This document shows positions 26,840-36,150 of a DNA stretch of 64,000 bases, piece by piece. The position numbers and the translations under genes were made by a program. Every line of letters begins with the position of its first letter. The first letter of the stretch is position 1. Below the pieces are notes generated by a model. That model was not told where the DNA came from, searched no databases, and saw only the letters and a program-made list of their open reading frames with translations. This stretch comes from Glycera tridactyla (Eukaryota): positions 18,414,001-18,478,000 of the forward strand of contig OZ286465.1 in NCBI GenBank assembly GCA_965644265.1. Direction: 5' to 3'.

Positions 26840-27915
26840 TGTGGACAAATTACTTTTACTCATGGTGATCAGAGTACGACTTAGTGCCTTGGGTTTGTCA
26901 ATATGTTTCAAATTTTCCTCTAGGCGATTCCATAAATGACTTCCTCGGATGAAAAGATTTCGATGGCATGTTTCAAGCTTAGTTCTTTTTATATATATGA
27001 TCTTTTTGTTGGTTTGTCTGGTAGAGATTCCCTTCCTGTTTTGTAACTTTATACGATGTTTGAGAAGCGGTTGGGCACTTGGGTGCAGGATTTTGTGAAC
27101 TTCAATGGTACTTCTTATGTTTCTGTAGAATTGTGGACGTAAACACTTGGGGTTAGTCTATTTGCATGGATGACACATTTCAGGGCATTATATTGAGCTA
27201 CTTGTAATCAAGCTTTGTCCGTTTCGAAAGCACTGTCATAAATGAAGTCAACATACTCAAACAGTTGTGCGATTAGGGCCTTATACAATTTCAGCGCAAT
27301 ATTCTTATTGATAAATGGACATAGTCTCCATGAGACACTCTATTTGTAGTTGACCTTGCTCATAATGGAGGTAATGTGGCTTTTGAAATTCAAAAAGGGG
27401 TCAAGATGGAGGCCGAGTTATCTGAAACTGTTGACCTTGTCAATTGTCAGGTTGTCTATGGTGATATTGATGTCTTGGGTACGAGAAACTTTAGACCAGG
27501 TGCCAAAAAACATAAATTTGCTTTTGGAAATATTCAATGTAAGTTTGTTGGCATTAAACCAGGTTTGGAGGCTCTCTAGGTTGTGTCTTAATGTCCTTAC
27601 TTTCTCAGTTGGGTCTTCATCAGAACATTGAATTGCAGTATTATCTGCATATAGAAATGACTGGGCAGACGGTACGTGTGGAACTGAATCATCAATATAA
27701 ACAGAGAAGAGTAGTGGTCTCTAGATAGACCCTTGTGGAATACCATGATTGATAGGTTTAGTACCAGAGGAAGTATGATTCACTATCATTTTCTGAGTAC
27801 GGTCAGCAAGATAAGGTCAAAACCATGATACAGTGCTTTCTTTGCAACGTATTGATTTCAGTTCGGTTTCTAGCATGACATGATCACCCGATCATAAACG
27901 AGGAACGCATTCAGT
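26840..27915 (-). mobile_element. Decayed CR1/L2-type LINE RT 3' fragment
   Basis: The minus strand reads SWF*PYLADRTQ...GIPQGS (27,728-44)...FLYADNTAI (27,641-54)...LGLHLD...HLWNRL, with several stops. Confidence 0.85.
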
Positions 27916-28002
27916 CTATGATAAATCATGGTATATCGGTCATGAATTTGGCCGCAACCCCCGTACTTGAAAATGCCTGCCCACACATGTAAACTGGCAT
28001 GT

Positions 28003-28897
28003 ACTTGATGACACCTGCTTGAACTCAATGATGCCTGCGGACACTTGATGACACTCGTTTGAACTCAATTATTCCTACAGACATTGGTGACAGCTGCCTG
28101 AGCTTGATCATTCCTGCAGACACTTGATGATACATGCCTGAACTCAATTATTCCTGCATACACTTGATGACACTTGCCTGAATTCAATTATTCCTGAATA
28201 CACTTGATGACACTTGCCTGAACTCAATTATTCCTTCATACACTTGATGGCACTTGCCTGAACTCAATGATTCCTTCAGACACTTGATGACACTTGCCTG
28301 AATTCAATTATTCCTGCATACACTTGATGACACTTGCCTGAACTCAACGATTTCTGCATACACTTGATGACACCTGCCTGACTTCGATTATTCCTGCATA
28401 CACTTGATGACACCTGCCTGAACTCAAATATTCCTGCAGACACTTGATGACACTTGTTTGAACTCAATGATTCCTGCATACACTTGATGACACTTGTTTG
28501 AACTCAATTATTCCTGCATACACTTGATGACACCTGCTTGAACTCAATTATTCCTGCATACACTTGATGACACTTGTTCGAACTCAATGATTCCTGCATA
28601 CACTTGATGACACTTGTTTGAACTCAATCATTCCTGCATACACTTGATGACACTTGTTTGAACTCAATGATTCCTGCAGACACTTGATAACACTTGTTTG
28701 AACTCAATGATTCCTGCATACACTCGATGACACTTGTTTGAACTCAATGATTCCTGCAGACACTTGATAACACTTGTTTGAACTCAATGATTCCTGCAGA
28801 CACTTGATAACACTTGTTTGAACTCAATGATTCCTGCATACACTTGATGACACTTGTTTGAACTAAATGATTCCTGCAGACACTTGATGACCCCTGC
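28003..28897 (-). repeat. Inverted array of 40-bp minisatellite A (~22 units)
   Basis: 40-bp periodicity; occupies the position paralogous to 9,722-9,895 but is much longer. Confidence 0.95.
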
Positions 28898-30715
28898 CTT
28901 CATACAATAATGACCACCGATAACAGCTAACAGAGCTACAACACAGCTGAAAATGTCACACCATTATCTGTATTGAATTCCATGCGATTTAAGGCTTCAC
29001 CATCAGCCCGTCCTCTGCCATGAAACTAGAATGAGGTCAAAGCTGTACATGGCACCTGTAAGGACAGTATGCATTCAGGGAACTAGAACTTCTTGAAAGT
29101 GGAAAGAATCAGCTTATTGCCGTCGGGAAACATGCGATCACCACAGAATGTCCAAACATCCCACAACGAATGGTATTCACAAACTCAGTGCCTATCATCA
29201 AATTTCCATGCAAATTCAATATTCATGAGGCGAACCTATATGGGTACCAGCAAAACCCTTTCTGGAATAACAAAAACACTATCAACATTCTACTTGTTCT
29301 AATCAGTATCACTACGGAAATTTCAGCAATCATAGGCAATTTTGGTGGTGAAAAGGGAATACTCAACATGCCTGGGGCTCTGATGACGGCCAAAGCCGTC
29401 CAAATGAACGGTCACTGAAAATGACCAGGAAACTTCTCCAGAAAACTGGGTAGACGCAATATCGTTAGCTATCACCCTGGCTTTATTTATTTTCATAGTC
29501 GTCAATGCTCACCACCTAATAAAGAGGTATGCCGATTGGATGAAATTACAGCGAGCATTAACATGGACGACAGGACAGGACACCACAGCCATCGATTTAC
29601 AGTCACCAGACTTTCCACCGACAAATATGCATTTTGAGGCCAATGACCGTCTTTCCTCACTAACCTTCACCTCTACCCATTGACGTCATTCCGCTAGTTG
29701 GAAAGGATCCATGTATGGCAGACCGCCAATCAGGATAAGTCATACCCATCACAAATTCAGTTGCACTTATGCCTTGGACCACACCCAAAGTGATGTCAAT
29801 CTCACTGTTGAAATTCTACATTGCACTGCAAGGCAAGCAACGTGGTACTCGCTGTTACATAGCCAATCTCTTCTCTAAATCATGCGAATTGAGAGACTGC
29901 CAAGCCGCCTGAAACTTGTCGACCTTCATAGCAACCATGTTCAACAGCAAACCCATCCCAAACAAGAATGTAGCTCCGAGAAGTAGTATCTGGCCCATTC
30001 TTCCTTCCAAAGAGAAGCAAACACTGCAGAACAAGTGGGCATACCCTACCCATCATTGAAAGAAAAAATGAAATGTTGAGATTTTAGGTCCACTCTCTGC
30101 ACTTGAATAGGCTAAATCAGACCACCTGCCAAGGAGGAGCAAAGAAGAAGGGTGAAACATTCCTGCATGGTAGGACCGGGGATTGAACCCCATACCCGTC
30201 AAGGAAAGACCTCCTTCAAGGGTACCAAGGCAGGAAGGACAATAAGCGAGACGGAAGGAGGGGAAGACAATCGATCGAAGAATTGTCATGTGTCTACAAT
30301 CGAGGTATGATCTTGTGTTGAACAATTAGCATATTATGACCTGAAATGTTCAACAAACCGACCCGGACGGGGCAATCAGGGATCACATAACCCCTTAATG
30401 ACATTGATCGACGACAGTCAAGGGTCCTCGATAGTGCTAGTATGTGATGAGACCCTGGTATATACCCTGTAAGAGCCAAGATGAAATCTGTGCTCCCACT
30501 GTCTTGACCTCCGAGTGTTTGTGATGGAGCACCTTTCAACGTCCCTACCCATGCCTATCATATAGGTGTCTCAAGGAAACTAAGATAGTAAAACTTTCAC
30601 TGGCCACCTACATTCCTGTGACGTCGAAATCATTTTTATCCATCCGGCAGGCAATGGACTCAAAGGATGCTTGATGTGACTCTTCTGACAGATGCATGCT
30701 ATGGTACATCCCACT

Positions 30716-30756
<41 letters not shown>

Positions 30757-30846
30757 TTTGTTGGATCGTTTTTTCCGATATTGTATATATATATTTATGT
30801 ATATATATATATACATATATGTATATACATATACATATATGTATAT

Positions 30847-32541
30847 CCAATGAATGCTCTACGGAGAGAATATCCAAATTCGTGGATCATTTCATAAAAC
30901 CTCTCCTACCTAAGGTAAAGAGTTACCTTCATGACACCACAGATTTGATTAATACTATAGAAAAAATAGGACAGCTACCGAAGGGGGCCATCCTATTCAC
31001 TTGTGATGTCACGAGCCTTTATACAAATATCCCACAAAAAGAGGGGGTAGAATGTATTAGGCATCTTCTAGAAGAACACAGGGATATAAAAAAAGTTCCC
31101 AAAAATGAGACCTTATTACACCTCCTAGATTTAGTATTGACCAGGAACAATTTTAGTTTCAATGGTGAACATTATCTACAGATAGGAGGTACTGCCATGG
31201 GCACACGTGTGGCTCCGAGTTTAGCAAATTTCTTCATGGGAGAATTCGAGGAAAATCATGTATATGGGTATAAAGAACAACCCATAATCTGGAAACGTTT
31301 TCTAGATGACATCTTCGGAATTTGGACGAAGTCCGAAGAGAAACTAGATGATTTCATTGCATACATGAATGGGTGCCATGAAAAAATCAAATTCACTGCC
31401 GAAAAATCAACTTCAGAAATTGTATTTCTGGATGCAAAAGTGCATTTATCAGAGACAGGAGAATTGTGGACAGAGGTTTATTCCAAACCTACAGATAGCC
31501 ATAGTTATCTCCAGTTTGGCTCTGCCCATCCGTTCCATATGAAAGAAAGCCTGCCATTTAGTCAATTTCTCAGGGTGAGGAGGATTTGCTCAAGAGAAGA
31601 AGACTACAGGAAACACAGCATGACGATTTTTGGACATTTCCTAAGAAGGGGATATCCACTAGAATTGGTGCTGGAATGCTGGGAGAAAGCAACAGAAAGA
31701 CCGAGGAAAGAAACGTTGGAGGTAAGAAAGAAAGAATAGATATTGGGAGAGACAGAAGACCTGTTTCTAACTTCCACTTTTAACCCCAAAAATAGACAGA
31801 TCAGAGAGATCGTCGAAGAAAACTGGGAAGTGCTCTCTAGATCTTCATGCCAAAGGAACTTTCAGAATTGAAAGTCATTTTTGGGTATAGAAGATTGCCG
31901 AATTTGAAGACATGTTGGTGGGAGCAAAGCTCCCCAAGGTCAAGGGCATACCCAAGGTCACGACGAAGGTCACCAAGGTCACCAAGGTCACGCCCAAGGG
32001 GACCAAGGTCCCTTCCGCTACCCCTGATGAGGGAACCAGTACACATGGGCGTAATGCCTGTACAACTAAAAAATGCAACCACTGCCCCTTATTGAATAAA
32101 TCAGGGACAATAGTGAGCAAATTCACGGCACAGAAATACTCATGCAAAATGAATATTTCATGTAAAAGTTCAAATTTAATCTATTGCATTCAATGCCGAA
32201 CATGCGGCAAACAATATGTGGGCCAAACAAGGACCACCATTATGAAAAGAATGCAAGGTCACGTAGACAGGATTAAAAGGAAGGTGTTGGAAGATGACAT
32301 TGGCAAACACTTTAACAGTGAAGGCCATCGAGGGAAAGAAGACGTAGAGCTTTTTGTCCTCGATTTCATCTATACAGATCCATTGGCGAAATATGCTGAA
32401 AATCTGAGACTTTTAATTGAGAAAAACTGGATACACCGGTTGAGAACTCAACGCCCCACTGGTCTAAATACGATGCTGAAAAGCAAGGACTATGGGGGAA
32501 GTAGAAATTGGAGATTCTATAAAAAAGGACGTCCCTTGTAG
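30847..32541 (+). pseudogene. Copy A RT/GIY-YIG remnant
   Basis: Starts in RT motif 2. Relative to copy B it has a TAG at 31,737-39 and two 1-nt deletions (~31,846 and ~31,908). Confidence 0.95.
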
Positions 32542-33002
32542 AATATGGGTACACACACACACCCCAATCATGTGGGGGGTGATTTAGAACCCCAAACCCT
32601 TGAAGGTTGCCTCGTCACTCCATATTTAATTATCATTTCCAGATAGGGAATGGGGATCTACATGGTAGTAATCTACCATGATAAAAGGCCATCTGACCAT
32701 GCACCGTGACCAGAGTCAATAATGACAGACGCTTATAGTTTTAACATTTTAACATTAAGCCTTGATGTTAAAATCTAACAAGTGGGAGGGGCATACTATC
32801 CCCTTTAAATGACTTGAGAATGACGTAGTTTATTCTGAACCCACTGAGGCCCATATATTTGGACCACCTCCCATAGTCTGGGGTGTGACCACCCCCGGAC
32901 AAAAACCAGGGACCCCGGGCCGAGCCTGGGGAACCTACCGGTTAATACAAACCATCACAGGGAGGTTTCTAGACCCAGAAATGGGGACCGAAAGGCTTGG
33001 GA

Positions 33003-33369
33003 TCTACCGTGCCTGATGAGAAGCTCTGTCTTCGAAACCGAAGGAGATGGCAAGCCAAATCTGAATGTTTGGCACTTTTTGGCACCAAACGAGTGATAAG
33101 ATGTAAATATCACACGTTTTTGGGCCGCCATGGGGGGCCACCGACTTTAGAGCAAGAATTTTGTTGAAGACATTTCTTGTTCAAAGTCTTTGAGTGAGTC
33201 TGACTTGATTTGCCTTATTAGGAAGTGGAGGCTGAAAAGTGAGGCACAACGCCGAGCTGTGATGCCTGTTGCCTAGCAAATCACCCCTAACAACTAATAA
33301 GCGTCTCTGGTCAATATAAAGGTGCGTTTTGAAACTGAAGTTTCAAATCTTCCTTCGGTCGCACGTAGA
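33003..33369 (+). ncRNA. Discontinuous type I hammerhead ribozyme in the upstream pLTR; predicted cleavage after 33,360
   Basis: Stem I CGTGC(33008-12)/GCACG(33361-65) plus TCTA/TAGA; CTGATGA 33013-19; stem II GAAG-CTCTGT-CTTC; GAAA 33034-37; stem III ACCGAAGGA(33037-45)/TCCTTCGGT(33351-59) plus GAT/ATC; GUC at 33358-60; 298-nt insert. Confidence 0.88.
33315..33347 (+). promoter_or_regulatory. Candidate PLE core promoter: TATAAA with CA initiator 30 nt downstream (second copy ~40,290-40,322)
   Basis: TATAAA at 33,315-20; TC-A with A at 33,345; first ORF ATG at 33,435. Motif evidence only. Confidence 0.45.
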
Positions 33370-33434
33370 GAAGAGTGTCCTGCTGCCTCGTCACTTCATA
33401 TGAAAATAATTTCAGGACCCTTTGAAGACTGAAG

Positions 33435-34007
33435 ATGGCCACAAATATATTACCCACCTCATTGAAAGATGCTGCACCAGCGGAAGACGCTGATGAAAAG
33501 ATGGAGCCTGCACCAAATGAAGATGGTGAAATTTCGGATGAAAAGACGCCAGCTGGAGATGCGGCCTCAAGAAAACATGAAAGCACCGAAAATGTTGTAA
33601 GTAATCCACATTTATTGTCTTCAAATGCATTTCCTGACTCGATGTTGGGAAATTTGGTTGTTTTACCAAATCACGAAGACGAAAACGAAAACAAAACATT
33701 GGAAATCGCCCATGACGCGCCATTGTTTGCTACCGTTGGGAATCCGCGTCGTGAAACGCGTCGTGAAAGGCATCGTGGGATGGAGATGCTTCGAGTCACT
33801 TGTGCGAATGAAATCTCCAATGCGAAAATGGATTCGAGATCCATTGCCATAATCAACCCCAACCCACCTTCAAATATGTCACCTGTGGACTTTATTTTGG
33901 AGATTGATTCTTCAAATGATAACCCAAAAACAGAGGAGTTAAATAAAGTCCAACCTTTGGTATATGAGGTACCCACATCATGTGATGTAGGGATGAAAAA
34001 TGTTTGA
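33435..34007 (+). CDS. PLE upstream ORF (190 aa, acidic/low complexity), probably the N-terminus of ORF1 split by a 1-nt insertion
   Basis: ATG in GAAGATGG context; overlaps the next ORF at ATGTTTGA. Removing one A from the A5 run (33,996-34,000) fuses the two frames. Confidence 0.55.
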   Translation: MATNILPTSLKDAAPAEDADEKMEPAPNEDGEISDEKTPAGDAASRKHESTENVVSNPHLLSSNAFPDSMLGNLVVLPNHEDENENKTLEIAHDAPLFATVGNPRRETRRERHRGMEMLRVTCANEISNAKMDSRSIAIINPNPPSNMSPVDFILEIDSSNDNPKTEELNKVQPLVYEVPTSCDVGMKNV

Positions 34008-36150
34008 TTACCTCCAGAAAATAGAAGGGATGGATAGAAATGCATCCAGACCCAAAGATAAATCAACTGCAGGTGCCATAAGTGAAAAAGACCCACAACT
34101 TAAAAAGAACCCCACACTGTCAGTCACTATAAACCCCACAACGTCAGTGGGACGTCGTGTGACTTTCAGCGAAAATGAAATTCAGAAACTCCCTGAAAAT
34201 GACACAGGCATTTCAGCGTTAGTTTACGATGTACACTGTTCATTCGATGTAAAGAAAAGACGCGCCTATGAACAGAAAGAGAGCGTAGCGTTCAGTGTGA
34301 ACGCAGAAATACCAGGAGCGTGTACTGCAAACGACATCCTGACCCACGTTGGGTCAAATGACACGAGAATTTATTCAAATGCGCCTTTTGACTCACCTGA
34401 TCTGTGGCCAGACCCTACCCCGAGTTGCATTGGACTCTGGAATGATCTCCCAACAATAGGAGCCCCTCGTAGAATCCTATCTGGTAAAAGAAACATCCCA
34501 AATGACCAAATTCCTAGAGGAGAGGAGCCACAGACAAGAGATGAAAAACAGCGTCACGAAAATGACACACTGACCCAGAAAATAGCCGCAAACGCGAAAA
34601 TTGCGCCACCGCCGGCGGACGGATCACCGCAGGAACTAAATCCGCCAGGTAGATCCACCAGAGGTCCTCCAAAAAAGTACAAACAAGAGAAGGGCCAGAG
34701 AAAGATTACATCTATCTTTGGAGCCAACATGAGACACCCAAAGTCTAACGTCGAACAGACGGATGGCCAGACCACATTGGTCAGTAGCGAGGGTGATCTA
34801 CTTTCACAGAGGACCACCTCCAACATTTCCTATGCATCTAGAGTGAAAGGGCTGAAATACAGCCCTGAAAATTATAACTCAGATAGCACCGTTACAGATC
34901 TCATTGTGAATAGTGCTAGTCAGGGGATGTCGAATTTCCTAGACAGCTTAGATGACTTTGATACAGGGAAGAAAGTAACCCCCAGCAGTTCTGTAAGTGG
35001 TGATAGACGTCCCTTTTGCTATATTGAGACAGATAGTGAACAGATAAGGTCAGCACCAGACCTACGTGAGACAGAGTTAAGCTCGCAGCGCTCATTTACT
35101 TTGGAAATTCTGAAATCCTTAGAGGATGACCCAGAAATGGGGTCTCAGGACCCACCTTTATCACGAAGTGATAAACAGAGAAAAAGGAAGAGACAACGCA
35201 GATTCAACACCCAGGGTACCATTTCAAGTGAAGAGAGTGTCCAGGGTGTTAGAATAGAGAAATCCACCAATCAGACAGTAGATTCAGAAGAGAAAGAGGA
35301 TGATGAGAGGGATAATGCACCCCTTATTGTTAACCCAAATAACAAGTCTTCTGTTTGGTTGCAGGTTGCGGATGACGGATGGGACTATGAGACGGTACTT
35401 GAAGAAGATATTACCATCCCACATGTTGCTGCCGATACTTTCAGATGCACCAGAGGGGCCATGGCAGCTGAGGCGAAAGCTATGACAAGAGCAGCTCACC
35501 TGAGAGCCATGGCAGCTGCCGATCGTATCCCAGCATGGGCTTTGGGCCTGGAAGAGGTCCCGGCATATATACCAGCCACGAAAGAAGTACAACAGGAGTT
35601 TAATGAGCTTGTGAGGGGCCAAGCCCAAGAGAGAATGCTCTTCATGGCAACAGCGTTGGAAAAGAAGGCAGCATTCTTTGAGAAAATCGGCTCAGCCAAT
35701 ACAGAGGCTGTGAAACTACTATATGAGACAGAACAATCGGCGGACTTTGAGACATGCAACCGTCTGCTAAAGGCTCTGTCAATTCGAGAAAAAGTCAATG
35801 CACGAAAGATTCTCTCAAAGATGGAAGTAAAAGTGGGTGAAAACTCGACGACATGCCAAACAATCGTAGACACGTTACTGGCACCCCAAAATCTGGTTGA
35901 GAAACGTGAGCCAAAGGCCATAAATTTCAAACCAAGAGAAGACTCACGCGAGTCAAAAGAAAGAACGGAAAATGCGGAAAATACGGAAATGGAGCTGAGT
36001 GAGACGGCCCTCAGGGGATACAAACCCACTTGGAATTTCCAACGAAGAAATCGTTCTCCAAATAGGAGGCAGTTCAACAGATCCCGCAGTCGTTCACCTG
36101 TATCCCCACGAGGTAGAGGCAGGGGAAATCAGGATTTTCGGGGAGGGTGA
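34000..36150 (+). CDS. PLE ORF1-like protein (716 aa): disordered N-terminus, helical/coiled-coil region, Arg/Ser/Gly-rich basic C-terminus
   Basis: Long open frame. AAHLRAMAAADRIPAWALG resembles the H...IPxGL N-terminal motif of PLE proteins; ends RRNRSPNRRQFNRSRSRSPVSPRGRGRG. Confidence 0.75.
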   Translation: MFDYLQKIEGMDRNASRPKDKSTAGAISEKDPQLKKNPTLSVTINPTTSVGRRVTFSENEIQKLPENDTGISALVYDVHCSFDVKKRRAYEQKESVAFSVNAEIPGACTANDILTHVGSNDTRIYSNAPFDSPDLWPDPTPSCIGLWNDLPTIGAPRRILSGKRNIPNDQIPRGEEPQTRDEKQRHENDTLTQKIAANAKIAPPPADGSPQELNPPGRSTRGPPKKYKQEKGQRKITSIFGANMRHPKSNVEQTDGQTTLVSSEGDLLSQRTTSNISYASRVKGLKYSPENYNSDSTVTDLIVNSASQGMSNFLDSLDDFDTGKKVTPSSSVSGDRRPFCYIETDSEQIRSAPDLRETELSSQRSFTLEILKSLEDDPEMGSQDPPLSRSDKQRKRKRQRRFNTQGTISSEESVQGVRIEKSTNQTVDSEEKEDDERDNAPLIVNPNNKSSVWLQVADDGWDYETVLEEDITIPHVAADTFRCTRGAMAAEAKAMTRAAHLRAMAAADRIPAWALGLEEVPAYIPATKEVQQEFNELVRGQAQERMLFMATALEKKAAFFEKIGSANTEAVKLLYETEQSADFETCNRLLKALSIREKVNARKILSKMEVKVGENSTTCQTIVDTLLAPQNLVEKREPKAINFKPREDSRESKERTENAENTEMELSETALRGYKPTWNFQRRNRSPNRRQFNRSRSRSPVSPRGRGRGNQDFRGG

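Noticed and set aside
33322-33416. Possible PLE 5' intron (AAG|GTGCGT...TTTCAG|G) covering the ribozyme substrate strand
   Set aside because: The donor is weak and directly adjacent to the candidate TATA box; there is no transcript evidence.
35496-36077. Antisense ORFs over the PLE (also 38,078-38,623)
   Set aside because: Shadows of the sense ORFs with no recognisable motifs.
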